Part shown: piece by piece, positions 44,626 to 55,460 of the stretch | How positions within the stretch are numbered: the stretch's first letter is position 1 | How the letters are laid out: each line of letters begins with the position of its first letter | Program-made: the position numbers and the translations under genes | DNA from: Patescibacteria group bacterium | GTDB lineage: Bacteria > Patescibacteriota > Patescibacteriia > UBA9934 > GWF2-40-263 | Length of the DNA stretch: 64,000 nucleotides | NCBI GenBank assembly: GCA_041661745.1 | Contig: JBAZTR010000003.1 | Coordinates: 91,007-155,006 of the forward strand | Direction of reading: 5' to 3' | The notes under the pieces: model-generated | The model's database searches: none | What the model was told of the DNA's origin: nothing | The model's input: only the letters and a program-made list of their open reading frames with translations

Positions 44626-45144
44626 ATGTCCGATCTCTGCTCCCGTAAAGTCTACTTGGGCTTTCCGGAATACTGCGATTTGGTTCGTCGGCTGGTACAA
44701 AACATCGCCGACTGCCCAGACTTCCAGGTTCAGCAAGTGATCGCCATCGCTCGAGGCGGCTTGTTTCCCGGTGAAGTTCTTTCTCGAGTTTTCGAGGCAC
44801 CCTTGGCAATCGTTTCTGTTGGTAGCTATCCAGACAAGGGTACACAACAAGAGGAAGTTGTCTTTAGTCGCGACCTGACCACAAAGGACCCCTTGGTTCG
44901 CACAGGCGTCCTCTTGGTCGACGAGTTGACCCAGAGCGGTTTGACGCTGGCCGGGACGGTTCGTTGGCTAGAGCGTTGGTATGGACTGACAGGAGTTCGC
45001 ACGGCTGCGATTTGGCACAAAGACGCGTCGATCATCTGTCCCGATTTCTACGTCGAACTGGTGAGGCCCGAACAACCCTCCGGCCCCTACCCCTGGTTCG
45101 TCACCCCACAGGAACAACGCGACCTGTGGCTCCCTCGCCCCTGA
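44626..45144 (+). CDS. Phosphoribosyltransferase-domain protein (type I PRTase), elevated GC
   Basis: PRPP-binding motif VLLVDELTQSGLTLA. Start set at MSDL, which has a GGGAGG RBS; the track ORF begins at TTG 44575. Coding GC is visibly above background. Confidence 0.5.
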   Translation: MSDLCSRKVYLGFPEYCDLVRRLVQNIADCPDFQVQQVIAIARGGLFPGEVLSRVFEAPLAIVSVGSYPDKGTQQEEVVFSRDLTTKDPLVRTGVLLVDELTQSGLTLAGTVRWLERWYGLTGVRTAAIWHKDASIICPDFYVELVRPEQPSGPYPWFVTPQEQRDLWLPRP

Positions 45145-45169
45145 CCTCGTCGTCTCGGGTTTTTTAAAA

Positions 45170-45198
45170 CAAAAAATCCCCGAGTGGGGATTTTTTTA
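45170..45198. terminator. Bidirectional terminator
   Basis: aaaaaatcccc-gagt-ggggatttttttaa. Confidence 0.65.
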
Positions 45199-45206
45199 AT
45201 TGGTAA

Positions 45207-46508
45207 TTATTTAACCATTTCTTTTTTTAAGAGTTCGATGACTTTTCGATTTCGTAAGACTGATTGGATATAGTCACGATACTCCGGAGAGTAAATTCTC
45301 TCCTTGGCTTCCTTGTCATCTTTGTAGTGCTCGGCAACATGATCAATTTCTTCGGCTATTTCTTCTTCTTTCAATTTAATATCTTCTTTTTTTGCCACCT
45401 CTTTAACAACCAAAGCAACCTTAATGCGGTTAAGTGCCTGAGGAGTGAAATCGAGTTTTATATCAGCCAAAGTTTTCTTTAAACTCTTTACATAGTCTTC
45501 GAAAACTCCACCTTGTTCTTCAACGCCGTGTTTTAATTCCTCGATCATTTTGTTGATTTCCTCATTTACCAAAAGATCCGGAATGTCTTGGAAGCGTGAC
45601 TCTTTGGCTAGAAGTTCCAACATGGTGCGTTCCTGGCGAATTGCCTCCTCCTCATTTTTTTCGTGGGCCATGTTGTCTTTAATAATGGTTTTGAGAGAGG
45701 CCAAGTCTTTTTGTCCAAGGCTGGCGGCAAAAGCATCATCAACAGCCGGGGCTTGAAGATTAAAAATTTCTTTTACTTCAACCTCAAATTCAACTTCCTG
45801 ACCAGCAATATTTTTTTGATAATGCTCTTTAGGAAATTCCAATTTAAAAGTTTTTTTATCACCTTCTTTAGTTCCAAGTAATTGTTCGGTGAAACCGGGA
45901 ATATAGTAAGCCTCGTTCATGAAGACAGCATGGTTGGTGGCTTGGCCGCCTTCAAGCGGAACGTTTTCTTTTTTGATGTTCATGTTGATGACGACCTTGT
46001 CTTCTTTGGTGACAGCTGAACCGGCTTCGGCACGAACTTCTTTTGTTTGCATGCGCTGCAAATCACGTAAGGCAATATCAATGTCTTTGTCTTCTACCTT
46101 AACTTCTTGTCTATCTATTTTTAAAGTTTTGTAATCAGCTAATTGGTCTACTGCCGGCATTAAAGCGACTGTAGCGGTAAAAACAAATTCGTTACCTGGA
46201 GCCATTTTAACCACATCGATGGCCGGTGAACCGACCGGATCAATTTTATTAGTGGTGATAGCTTCGACAAAGGTAGCTCGAACTGCTTGTTCCACTGCTT
46301 CCTCATAAATAGCCATTTCACCCAACTTGTTTTTAAGGGCTTCATAAGTGGCTTTACCAGCACGGAAACCAGGGACTTCAACATGCTCGGCTAGGTGAGC
46401 CACAGCTGCTTCCATATGCGGTTTCATTTCATCGGCAGAAACAGTTATGGTTAGTTTCATTGAGTTTTTTGGGAGAGTTTCGATTTGTACTTGAGACATA
46501 AATTTCAA
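45207..46508 (-). CDS. tig: Trigger factor
   Basis: N-terminal ribosome-binding domain, FKBP-type PPIase core and C-terminal arm, about 430 aa; an alternative start is 46499. Confidence 0.85.
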   Translation of the reverse strand: MKFMSQVQIETLPKNSMKLTITVSADEMKPHMEAAVAHLAEHVEVPGFRAGKATYEALKNKLGEMAIYEEAVEQAVRATFVEAITTNKIDPVGSPAIDVVKMAPGNEFVFTATVALMPAVDQLADYKTLKIDRQEVKVEDKDIDIALRDLQRMQTKEVRAEAGSAVTKEDKVVINMNIKKENVPLEGGQATNHAVFMNEAYYIPGFTEQLLGTKEGDKKTFKLEFPKEHYQKNIAGQEVEFEVEVKEIFNLQAPAVDDAFAASLGQKDLASLKTIIKDNMAHEKNEEEAIRQERTMLELLAKESRFQDIPDLLVNEEINKMIEELKHGVEEQGGVFEDYVKSLKKTLADIKLDFTPQALNRIKVALVVKEVAKKEDIKLKEEEIAEEIDHVAEHYKDDKEAKERIYSPEYRDYIQSVLRNRKVIELLKKEMVK

Positions 46509-46562
46509 ATAAATTACGCGCGTCGAGGATACCTTTTTATTTTGTTTGTGTCAACAAAAAAC

Positions 46563-46592
46563 CGCCGGTCAAAACCAGCGGTCTTTTTTAAA
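46563..46592 (-). terminator. Rho-independent terminator downstream of hppA
   Basis: Minus strand reads aaaaaagaccgctgg-ttttgac-cggcggttttttt. Confidence 0.55.
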
Positions 46593-46597
46593 ACAAA

Positions 46598-48607
46598 TTA
46601 GACAATCAACGCTACAATTAGCAAAGCAACAATGTTGAGAATCTTAATCATCGGGTTGATGGCCGGACCAGCGGTGTCTTTGTAAGGATCACCAACCGTG
46701 TCGCCGGTCACCGCGGCCTGATGAGTAAAGCTGCCTTTGCCGCCGTAGTTTCCTTTTTCAATATATTTCTTGGCGTTGTCCCAAGCCCCACCACCGGTGG
46801 TCATGGAAATGGCCATAAAGAGACCGGTAACTATTGAACCGATGAGTAAACCGCCGAGGGCAATTGGACCAAGAACAAACCCAACAACGATTGGTGAAAG
46901 AACCGCGAGCAAAGCCGGAACAATCATCTCTTTGATAGCGGCTTTAGTCACGATGTCGACAGCGCGACCATAGTCTGGTTTGTCGATGCCTTCCATGATT
47001 TTCTTTTCTTTAAATTGGCGACGAACTTCCTCAACCACAGCGCCGGCCGCGCGGCCAACGGCTTCCATAGAACGAGCCGAGAAGAAATAAGTAACAATGC
47101 CGCCAAGAAAGAGACCAATAATAACTTTTGGATCTGCTAAATCAAACACCGCATCAGCACTTTCCATTTTTAAAGCGTGAATATAGTCGCCAAACAAAAC
47201 CAGAGTAGCCAGGCCGGCTGAACCAATAGCATAAGCCTTGGTCACAGCTTTGGTGGTGTTGCCAACAGCGTCGAGCGGATCAGTGATATCACGAACTGAC
47301 TCCGGTAATTCTGCCATTTCAGCGATACCACCAGCGTTGTCGGTAATCGGACCATAAGCATCAATCGCCACAATGATTCCTGTAAGCGAGAGCATGGCCA
47401 CAGCGGCGATAGCAATGCCGTAAAGACCAGCTGAGGCATAAGCGGCTAGCACGCCGAAGACAATGACCAGAACCGGCAAAGCCGTGGCTTTCATTGAAAG
47501 AGCTAAGCCAGCAATGACGTTTGTCCCGTGTCCGGTTTGTGAAGCCTCGGCCAGTTTTTTTACCGGGCCATAGGAAGTGCTGGTGTAATATTCAGTGATA
47601 ACAATCAGGAGACCAGTAACGACCAAACCAATCACAGCCGAAAAGAAGACAAAGATTGGAGCCGGGCCACCAATAACCGTGCTAAGCATTAGTTTTGTGA
47701 CGACCCAGAAGCCGATCAGAGCAAAAACACCGGCCGCGGCCAAACCTTTATAAAGGGCGCCCATGATGTTTTGATTTTTTCCAAGTCTAATAAAGAGGGT
47801 TCCAAGAATGGAAGCGATGATAGCCACGGCACCAAGGGCCAATGGATAGATGGTGTAAACTTCCCCACCTTTTAAAGCGACCATTGAGGTAGCTCCAAGA
47901 AACATAGTGGCTACCATAGTCACAGCATAGGTTTCAAAAAGGTCAGCGGCCATACCGGCACAGTCACCAACGTTGTCACCAACGTTGTCGGCAATAACCG
48001 CTGGGTTGCGTGGGTCGTCTTCAGGAATTCCAGCCTCAACTTTTCCAACCAAGTCAGCTCCAACATCGGCGGCTTTGGTAAAGATACCACCACCAAGACG
48101 AGCAAAAACCGAGATAAGCGAGCCGCCGAAACCAAGGCCGATTAAAGCACCGACATTGTAACCGGACAACATGTAAAAGCCGGCTACGGCAATAAGACCA
48201 AGTCCGACCACGAACAAGCCGGTAATTGATCCGCCACGGACAGCCACGTTTAAAGCTTCCTTTAAACCGGTTTTAGCCGCCTCGGTTGTGCGGACATTGG
48301 CGCGGACGGAAATAAACATGCCGGTAAAACCAGCTAGGCCGGAGAAAACAGCACCAACCGCGAAACCAGCGGCTAGCCACCAGTTTAAAAACAAACCGAT
48401 GAGGATAAGGACGACGATGCCAATGAAGGCGATCGTTTTGTATTGGCGAGCCATGTAGGCATTGGCGCCATCTTGAATGGCTTTGGCAATGCCGATCATC
48501 TTGCCATCACCGGACGGCAGGCGGAGAATCCATTGGATCAGGAATCCACCGTAGATCAGAGCCACGAGACCGGCTCCGATAGAAAGGAGAGAAATCATGC
48601 TAGGCAT
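46598..48607 (-). CDS. hppA: Membrane-bound proton/sodium-translocating pyrophosphatase
   Basis: [18 protein letters not shown] and other V-PPase signature segments; 16 TM helices; 669 aa. Confidence 0.9.
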   Translation of the reverse strand: MPSMISLLSIGAGLVALIYGGFLIQWILRLPSGDGKMIGIAKAIQDGANAYMARQYKTIAFIGIVVLILIGLFLNWWLAAGFAVGAVFSGLAGFTGMFISVRANVRTTEAAKTGLKEALNVAVRGGSITGLFVVGLGLIAVAGFYMLSGYNVGALIGLGFGGSLISVFARLGGGIFTKAADVGADLVGKVEAGIPEDDPRNPAVIADNVGDNVGDCAGMAADLFETYAVTMVATMFLGATSMVALKGGEVYTIYPLALGAVAIIASILGTLFIRLGKNQNIMGALYKGLAAAGVFALIGFWVVTKLMLSTVIGGPAPIFVFFSAVIGLVVTGLLIVITEYYTSTSYGPVKKLAEASQTGHGTNVIAGLALSMKATALPVLVIVFGVLAAYASAGLYGIAIAAVAMLSLTGIIVAIDAYGPITDNAGGIAEMAELPESVRDITDPLDAVGNTTKAVTKAYAIGSAGLATLVLFGDYIHALKMESADAVFDLADPKVIIGLFLGGIVTYFFSARSMEAVGRAAGAVVEEVRRQFKEKKIMEGIDKPDYGRAVDIVTKAAIKEMIVPALLAVLSPIVVGFVLGPIALGGLLIGSIVTGLFMAISMTTGGGAWDNAKKYIEKGNYGGKGSFTHQAAVTGDTVGDPYKDTAGPAINPMIKILNIVALLIVALIV

Positions 48608-48700
48608 AGTTTGTTTTAAGTTTTCGATTAACGACTGTTATGATAGTGTTAAAAGGGGTGTTTTGTCAATTGTCAGAGTAAAGAAAACCGCTTAATTATT

Positions 48701-49312
48701 ATGAAAAACCCAACTTTTCACTTTGAACGCGACTTGGCGGCTTTGGGTTACAAAGCTGTAGTTGGGGTTGATGAAGTTGGCTGTGGGGCCTTGGCTGGTC
48801 CGGTTGTGGCCGGAGCGGTTATTCTGCAAGAACCATTCCGTTTGGCTGGGGTGCGCGATAGTAAACTTTTAACACCACTAGCTCGTGAAAGATTGTCATT
48901 AGAAATAAAAAAACGAGCCCGAGTCCATGCCATCGGCGAGGCCAGTGTGGACGAAATTAACAAACTTGGTATTAGACGGGCCACTTTTTTGGCCATGCGC
49001 CGCGCTTTGGAGAAAATTGGTGAAGTTGATTTTGTTTTGGTTGATGCTTGGAAAATTCCAGGCATCCCTTTTCAACAAAAAGGAATTATCCGAGGCGATC
49101 GTTTAATAAAATCGATTGCCGCCGCCTCGATTGTGGCCAAGGTTTATCGCGATGCTTTAATGGACAAGCTTTCCCTGGAGTTTCCTAAGTATAGTTTTCA
49201 TGAGCATAAAGGATATTCCACCGAAGTTCACTTGTCAGCGATAAAAGAATACGGACCGTGTCCAATTCATCGGACTTCTTGGAAAAGATTCCAACCAAAG
49301 CTTTTTGATTGA
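48701..49312 (+). CDS. rnhB: Ribonuclease HII
   Basis: VGVDEVGCGALAGPVVAGAVIL catalytic DE motif. Confidence 0.85.
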   Translation: MKNPTFHFERDLAALGYKAVVGVDEVGCGALAGPVVAGAVILQEPFRLAGVRDSKLLTPLARERLSLEIKKRARVHAIGEASVDEINKLGIRRATFLAMRRALEKIGEVDFVLVDAWKIPGIPFQQKGIIRGDRLIKSIAAASIVAKVYRDALMDKLSLEFPKYSFHEHKGYSTEVHLSAIKEYGPCPIHRTSWKRFQPKLFD

Positions 49313-49349
49313 CGCAAATGGTGAAAAATGATACTGTTTATTCGTTTTC

Positions 49350-50693
49350 ATGGAAATAAAACCTAAATATTTCTTCATAAAATTACTTTTGTCCGTTCTT
49401 CGCGGATTCGTTTTTTTAAAACAAAACGCGTGGGCAATTTTTACCTTTTTAGGCCGCCCTTTTTCCTCCATTGGTCGTTTTTCTTTTAAATGGATTGGCC
49501 TGCCAATTTACCGTCTTCTATTTTTCTTTCGGCGACAAATGTATCGGCTTTATCTGCCGGCTAAAAATCGTTTTCTTTTTGTTTTCACTAACCGTTACAT
49601 GTTCCACGCGGCGATTGTTCTAGTCGTGGCTGTGACCGGAGTGGTTAATATTCAAACCAGTGAAGTTCGAGCTGAAACTTTTGGAGCTAAAAGTTTAATT
49701 TTGAGTTTAATGGATGAAAACTCTTCAACTTTAGTTGAGGAAGTTTCGGCGGAACGTGTAATTCCTCACGCTTCATCTAGTTATCTCGACACCTACTCTG
49801 TTTCATCAGAGGAAATTGATGTTGATTTGTTGTACGAGGAGCAAGTGGCCACCTTGCTCGGCGGTAGCGCCATTACCTCACCAACTATTAGCGAAGGCGG
49901 CAACAGCGTAGCCGCCCGCAATGCTATTGAAGAATATACGGTTCAGGATGGCGACGTTCTTGGTTCAATTGCTGAGAAGTATGGTCTAAGTTTAAGTACG
50001 CTTCTTTGGGCTAACAACTTAACTTATCGCAGTACAATTAGGCTTGGTCAAAAAATAATTATTCCGCCGGCTGACGGTGTTGTTTATACTGTTAAAAGAG
50101 GTGACACAGTTTCCAGTATTGCTAAAAAATACGGAACCTCGACTGACAAAATTTTATCTTTCAATGATTTGTCTGATTCCGCTGCCTTGTCAGTAGGGGT
50201 CACTTTAATGTTGCCTGATGCCACACCGCCCACCAGCACTCCGGTTACTTACACGGCTCCTGCTTCCAGTATTTTTACTGGCACGCGTGGCAGTACTGCC
50301 CCGGCGGCTGCTACCGGCAGTTGGGTTTGGCCAACCGATGGTTGCTACATCACGGTTTATTTCAACCAGTATTATAGATTTGGTTTGCACAAAGGACTGG
50401 ACATTGACGGTGATTACTCTTCATATGTTTACGCCACACGTGGCGGTACAGTGACTCGATCCGGCTGGTTTGATGGTTACGGCAACTGTGTTGATATTAA
50501 TCACGGCGACGGCTACGTTACTCGTTATGGTCACTTCTCAAAACTTTTTGTGGCTGTTGGTCAAGAAGTTGCTGCCGGCGAAGCTTTAGGTAACGTTGGA
50601 ACAACCGGACAATCAACCGGCACACACTTGCACTTTGAAGTTATGGAAAACAGTGTGAAATTAAATCCGTTAAACTTCATTCGTTGTAAATAA
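49350..50693 (+). CDS. LysM-domain M23 family metallopeptidase
   Basis: Two LysM repeats (YTVQDGDVLGSIAEKYG.., YTVKRGDTVSSIAKKYG..) and a C-terminal M23 core HKGLDIDG...HGDGYVTRYGHF...GTHLHFEV. The start is uncertain. Confidence 0.75.
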   Translation: MEIKPKYFFIKLLLSVLRGFVFLKQNAWAIFTFLGRPFSSIGRFSFKWIGLPIYRLLFFFRRQMYRLYLPAKNRFLFVFTNRYMFHAAIVLVVAVTGVVNIQTSEVRAETFGAKSLILSLMDENSSTLVEEVSAERVIPHASSSYLDTYSVSSEEIDVDLLYEEQVATLLGGSAITSPTISEGGNSVAARNAIEEYTVQDGDVLGSIAEKYGLSLSTLLWANNLTYRSTIRLGQKIIIPPADGVVYTVKRGDTVSSIAKKYGTSTDKILSFNDLSDSAALSVGVTLMLPDATPPTSTPVTYTAPASSIFTGTRGSTAPAAATGSWVWPTDGCYITVYFNQYYRFGLHKGLDIDGDYSSYVYATRGGTVTRSGWFDGYGNCVDINHGDGYVTRYGHFSKLFVAVGQEVAAGEALGNVGTTGQSTGTHLHFEVMENSVKLNPLNFIRCK

Positions 50694-50695
50694 AT

Positions 50696-51076
50696 ATGCA
50701 AAAATTATGTTCTTCGTGCCAGGTTAAGGTTGAGGATTGGAATGAGGAATGTTCCGGTTGCGGTTATACCTTAATTCTTGAGCCGGAAGAAAAAACCAAG
50801 GCTAAATATTTGCGAACACCATCTCTTGGCGCATTGTTTTTTACGCAGGGTTGGACATTGGGAGCACGACTTTATATTTTGTTCGCTCTCTCGTTGATTC
50901 CAATTGTTGGTATTCCGGTTTTGGTAATTTGCGTTTTAGTTGGTCGCCGCCTTTCCTGGAAATTTGGGGGTTGGGCCGATTGGCAGGAGTTTCAAAAATG
51001 GATGCGGCTCATGGATATCCTCGGAATTGTTTGGATCTTGTTGTTGATCACGGCTTACTTTGTTTTTAAAAAATAG
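50696..51076 (+). CDS. Small membrane protein with an N-terminal zinc-ribbon (CxxC...CxxC)
   Basis: CSSCQVKVEDWNEECSGCGY followed by two TM helices. Confidence 0.4.
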   Translation: MQKLCSSCQVKVEDWNEECSGCGYTLILEPEEKTKAKYLRTPSLGALFFTQGWTLGARLYILFALSLIPIVGIPVLVICVLVGRRLSWKFGGWADWQEFQKWMRLMDILGIVWILLLITAYFVFKK

Positions 51077-51265
51077 TTTTTATGCCAAAAACTTTAAGAA
51101 TAAAATTCTTTTTATTGATGTAGCCGACGCTCTTGGAACTGGGAGTGGGAAGGAAACATTACCAGACTCGCACTTGCTACCGGCGGTATTTGGAAAAAAG
51201 TTGGTTGTTATTATCAAATTAAAAACAATGTTCCGACAGATTTGGGAGGAATTTTGAGAAAAAAT

Positions 51266-51300
51266 AAAAATCCGCCATTGTTACGTTGACAAAGTGGCGG
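51266..51300 (+). terminator. Terminator hairpin with an embedded TTGACA-17-TATTTT promoter-like sequence
   Basis: aatccgcca-ttgttacgttgacaaag-tggcggtttttt. Confidence 0.45.
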
Positions 51301-51364
51301 TTTTTTGATATTTTTTTTCTGCGATGTCCGAAAAAGACGTGCCACGCCAACCGCCGAGGCTTCC

Positions 51365-51670
51365 ATGTCAATCTTCAAGGATTTAGATCAACTCAAAAAT
51401 GCCATTCGCGGCCTCCTCAAGACCGCTCCTGACGTCAACACCGCCAAGCGTTGGATCCGCGCGCTGCCTGGATCACAGCTTGGCTCACAACCGGAAATAG
51501 TGCTCACTCACACTCCTCCGTGTATGCACTTCGACATCTTGGGAGGCATCACCGTTTGCTTCAACGATGACGGCTCTCGTGACGCCACGCTCACCATAGC
51601 AACACAACATGACGATCCGAATCCGCAGATCGTCAGCGTCCGCTGGGCGGGACAAGGTCCAGCTACTTGA
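51365..51670 (+). CDS. Hypothetical protein (high-GC island 2)
   Basis: Begins MSIFKDLDQLKNAIRGLL; GC well above background; no family. Confidence 0.3.
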   Translation: MSIFKDLDQLKNAIRGLLKTAPDVNTAKRWIRALPGSQLGSQPEIVLTHTPPCMHFDILGGITVCFNDDGSRDATLTIATQHDDPNPQIVSVRWAGQGPAT

Positions 51671-51906
51671 GGTGGCGGTATAGGTGGAGAGATTGTCCTC
51701 AACGATGTCCCTCCGCCGTTTCCGTCGGGGCTTCGTCGCGGTCTTAAGATGTCCTAACAAGCACTCTCGCGCGCCTGTGCGAGTTCGTAGACACTCATCG
51801 AACGTCTTCGGTTCGGCGGGTGTTATTTTTTTAAATTTGAGAAATTATAATTTTTTGTTTTAAAAAAGCTCGCGGGTGGGGCGAGCGAGGAAGAAGGAGA
51901 GACGGG

Positions 51907-52302
51907 CTAGCGGGCGCCGGCCACTGCGGCCTCGACAGCGACCCGACGCGGCGAGATACGCTGGGTGGCCCTTTTGGCCGGAGGAGCCAACTTCTTTTCG
52001 AGGCGGTCGAACCGGGCCAAAATGGACTTGAACCAGAGCGACTCGTTGCCCAGCCTTTGGAGACCTTCACGAACCTCCTTGCGAGCCCGAGTGGGGATGT
52101 GACCATCTTCGAACACACTAAGGAGACTTGTGACCACGACCTCCTCCTGGACACGGGACAGACCGCGAAGCATTGCGGTCATATTTTGTCCAAGGCTGGA
52201 CGTATCCCCTCCAACCTGGCCAGCTCGAGTGACGGAGCTTTCAAGTTGGTACAGGATGGTGGTGTAGATTGAAGTTGGGGTTTCCTTGGAGCGGGTCAAC
52301 AC
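51907..52302 (-). CDS. Hypothetical protein (high-GC island 2)
   Basis: 131-aa ORF on the minus strand inside the GC-rich block; no family. Confidence 0.3.
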   Translation of the reverse strand: MLTRSKETPTSIYTTILYQLESSVTRAGQVGGDTSSLGQNMTAMLRGLSRVQEEVVVTSLLSVFEDGHIPTRARKEVREGLQRLGNESLWFKSILARFDRLEKKLAPPAKRATQRISPRRVAVEAAVAGAR

Positions 52303-52373
52303 GTGTTTGCTCCTGGTTGGGGTTGTTGATTGCCGCCCCCAACCCTAATGGAATTTTTTGCTGCCGTCAATTT

Positions 52374-53900
52374 TTATTCCCCTTGCGGACGGTACGACAA
52401 AGCCTCGGCCAGGTGAGCTGGGGTTATTTTTTCGTTTTGATCCAAGTCAGCAATGGTCCGAGCAAGTTTTAGGGTGCGAGTGTAGGCCCGAGCGGAAAGA
52501 TGCCAACGCTCCATGGCGGCAAAGAGCAACTTCTTCCCTTCCTCGTCGAGCTCACAGTGTTCCGCAACCATTCGTGGTGACATTTCTGAATTGGAAACAA
52601 TACCAAGATCGGAAAAACGTTTAATTTGTCGATCGCGTGCCGTTTGGACGCGGGCGCGAACCACCTCTGACGATTCGCCGACCGCGCGACCAGTGAGTTT
52701 ATCGGTTTCAACTCGCGGAACAGATACAGTTAAATCAACTCGGTCCAAAAGCGGACCAGAAATCTTCTTTTTATAGTTGGCAATTCGCATCGGCGAACAA
52801 GAGCAGTTAATTGCTTGGTCTCCGGCATAGCCGCAAGGGCATGGATTCATGGCTGCCACCAACATAAACTTGGCTGGAAAACGAAAACTGGCCAAAGCTC
52901 GGGAAATTGTGACGACACCATCCTCGATTGGTTGTCGTAGGTGTTCCAAAACATGTCGACTGAACTCGGGAAACTCATCAAGAAACAACACGCCGCGATG
53001 GGCCAAGCTGACCTCGCCGGGTCTGGGCCAAGATCCGCCGCCAATAAGCGCGGCTGCTGAACAAGAATGATGTGGTGAGCGAAAAGGTCGCTCGGTAAAA
53101 AGACCTTGCCCAGCATTTAATGCTCCGGCAATGGAAAATATTTTGGTTACTTCAAGAGCTTCGCTTTGGGTTAGGTTTGGGAGAATGGTTGGGAGAGCCC
53201 GTGCTAATAAAGTTTTTCCCGAACCTGGCGGACCGTGCATTAACAAGTTGTGTCCGCCGGCCGCGGCCACTTCTAATCCACGTTTAGCATGTTCTTGGCC
53301 GCGGATATCGGAAAAATCAACAGTGGAAATTGCCGTTGGTGTTGTAATTTGTTTTGCCTTGGCTGGAACAAGAGTTGTTTCGCCACAAAGGTGCGAAACA
53401 ACTTCTTTTAAATTATCTACAGCAAATATTTCTAATCCTTCAATCAGTAAAGCTTCGTTAATATTTTCTCTTGGAACAAAGATTTTTTTATAACCTTTTT
53501 CTTTGGCCATAATCGCGGCAATTAAGGTCCCGGTAACGCCGCGAATTTCCCCATGAATTCCCAATTCCCCGATAAAGACACTATCTTTGATTGATTTTGG
53601 TGTAAATTTTTTTTGAGCTTCAATAATTGATAAGGCCATAGCCAAATCATGAATAGTTCCCTGCTTCTTAATATTGGCCGGCGATAAATTTATTGTTAAA
53701 TGCCAGCGCGGAAACCACAATCCGGAATTTTTAATAGCAAAGATTATTCTTTCTTTTGATTCTTTGACAGCGGTATCGGGCAAGCCGACAATAAAAAAAG
53801 CTGTTTGACCGCGATGAACATCGGCTTCGACAATAACCGGTTCGGCTTCAAGACCGATAATGGCAACAGAAGTGATAGACATAAAAACTCCCCAATTCAA
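52374..53900 (-). CDS. comM: YifB/ComM family Mg-chelatase-like AAA+ ATPase
   Basis: Walker A GPPGSGKT, the CxxC zinc motif region and Lon-like N-terminal domain; 508 aa. Confidence 0.85.
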   Translation of the reverse strand: MNWGVFMSITSVAIIGLEAEPVIVEADVHRGQTAFFIVGLPDTAVKESKERIIFAIKNSGLWFPRWHLTINLSPANIKKQGTIHDLAMALSIIEAQKKFTPKSIKDSVFIGELGIHGEIRGVTGTLIAAIMAKEKGYKKIFVPRENINEALLIEGLEIFAVDNLKEVVSHLCGETTLVPAKAKQITTPTAISTVDFSDIRGQEHAKRGLEVAAAGGHNLLMHGPPGSGKTLLARALPTILPNLTQSEALEVTKIFSIAGALNAGQGLFTERPFRSPHHSCSAAALIGGGSWPRPGEVSLAHRGVLFLDEFPEFSRHVLEHLRQPIEDGVVTISRALASFRFPAKFMLVAAMNPCPCGYAGDQAINCSCSPMRIANYKKKISGPLLDRVDLTVSVPRVETDKLTGRAVGESSEVVRARVQTARDRQIKRFSDLGIVSNSEMSPRMVAEHCELDEEGKKLLFAAMERWHLSARAYTRTLKLARTIADLDQNEKITPAHLAEALSYRPQGE

Positions 53901-53933
53901 AAAAAATGAATAAAATAGGGGAGCTTTAAATTT

Positions 53934-54380
53934 TTACTTTTTATTTTTTTGCCTGCTTAAAAGCAATATGATTAATCCACCGATTATAACAAGATCAGAT
54001 AGGTTGAAAGCTGAACCAGTTAAGGGGAAGATTATGTAATCAACAGTGAAACCGTAACAGAAACGATCGATTAAATTTCCTACAGCCCCACAAGCGATAA
54101 GAAGACTACCAGTTGCTTCCCAGGGGTGCCTTTTCCAGTTCTGTTTGGTTAAAAAGATCAGGCCAACCAAGATGAACACGGTTAAAAGCATGACCACCGG
54201 CAACCATAAAGGTAAGTCAAAAGCAATTCCGTAATTTTTGTGAATTGCCAACTCAATTATTCCCTTACCAGACATTTGCGATTCATCTGGTAAGTATTTA
54301 AGGGAAAGAATTTTTAAAAGTTCATCAGCTAAAACAACTAAACCACCGGAAAAGGAAACAATTTTTTGCTTTAAGGTCAC
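53934..54380 (-). CDS. lspA: Lipoprotein signal peptidase II
   Basis: Motifs NYGIAF, GNLIDR, VDY and FNLSD; four TM helices. Confidence 0.8.
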   Translation of the reverse strand: MTLKQKIVSFSGGLVVLADELLKILSLKYLPDESQMSGKGIIELAIHKNYGIAFDLPLWLPVVMLLTVFILVGLIFLTKQNWKRHPWEATGSLLIACGAVGNLIDRFCYGFTVDYIIFPLTGSAFNLSDLVIIGGLIILLLSRQKNKK

Positions 54381-54751
54381 ACTTCCTGGGTCAACGTCTT
54401 TTTACATTGAATGCAAGAAGACGAAGTTGGTCTGGCTCGTAAGCGCTTTTCGTCGATTTCTTGTTTACAGTAACTGCAAAGACCATAAGTATTGTTTTCA
54501 ACGCGCTTCAAAGCACCTTCAACATCGCGCAAAGCGTGCTCGAGTTCGTCTTCCAACGACAAATTGTCAGTGAATTGCGCCACTTCGGCGGCGTTTTCAT
54601 CCTCGCTGTCGCCCATGTTGGGGAAATCAGAATTAAAATCAGTTTCAGCGGCTTTTGGGTTGCGATGAGCAAATTGATTCAATTCCTTTCCTAAACGTTC
54701 TTTTTCAGTTAAAAGGAACCCTTTCATCTCCTCGAGAAGTTTTTTATTCAT
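54377..54751 (-). CDS. DksA/TraR family C4-type zinc-finger transcription factor
   Basis: C-terminal CSYCKQEI...CIQCKK zinc finger and a coiled-coil N-terminus. Confidence 0.7.
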   Translation of the reverse strand: MNKKLLEEMKGFLLTEKERLGKELNQFAHRNPKAAETDFNSDFPNMGDSEDENAAEVAQFTDNLSLEDELEHALRDVEGALKRVENNTYGLCSYCKQEIDEKRLRARPTSSSCIQCKKTLTQEV

Positions 54752-55408
54752 AAAATTGATTATTGAGGTAAAATCATGTGGCGTTACCTAATCTTTGTTA
54801 TAAGTGTAGCAGATTTGGTGAAAAAATCAAGGCAGGTAAGGAAAATTTGGCAAAAAGAAAAGGGGGTATTGCTCAAAGTAATTAAGGAGCGCCCCCTTAC
54901 GGGGGCCATATATAGTCAACCGGCAGATGCCGGGTATAGAAAACCAATCATGATTATCTAAACTCGGCACCCACTCAGGACAGATGGCCCAAGACGACTC
55001 AACTTCTCTACCAATCAATGGTCTTGTCTACGATAGAAATAATATTTCTATAAAAGTGTAGACGGACCGTAGTTGCTTGTTTTTTTATTTTGTTTTTGTT
55101 TTTTCGCAAACTGACAAGTAAAGAAGTGGGATATTTCCCGAAAGTCTAGGGCTCCGCTCGGATAAATGGGTCAACCGACCGGATTACCACCCTTGCTTTT
55201 ACCCTTTATGACAGGGTTTGGCAGAGAATTTTGTCCCTGCCTTCGGAAAACTTCCCGTTTGAGGTTTAGAAAGAACGTTTAGCTGAAAGCTTTTCAGCTT
55301 CTAGATATATTATACAGCCTTGAACACTAAAAGTCAACGATAGCAAATACTCTTTGTTTAGCAAAAAAGTAAAAGTTTTCCACAATTAGTGTTCATTATT
55401 AAATAAAA

Positions 55409-55460
55409 TCTGTGGAAACTTATCCACAGATTTTGATACTTATACATTAGTTATCCACAG
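55409..55460. promoter_or_regulatory. Cluster of DnaA boxes (two perfect TTATCCACA direct repeats plus an inverted TCTGTGGAAA)
   Basis: TTATCCACA at 55420-55428 and 55451-55459, each followed by GATTTTG; the inverted partial box is at 55409-55418. Confidence 0.55.

Noticed and set aside
55138-55155. Calling an RNase P RNA gene outright from the GAAAGTCTAGGGCTCC motif
   Set aside because: Only one short conserved segment is recognisable by eye, and I could not trace the P4 pairing partner or other universal motifs. It is kept as a hypothesis in the findings, not annotated as a feature.
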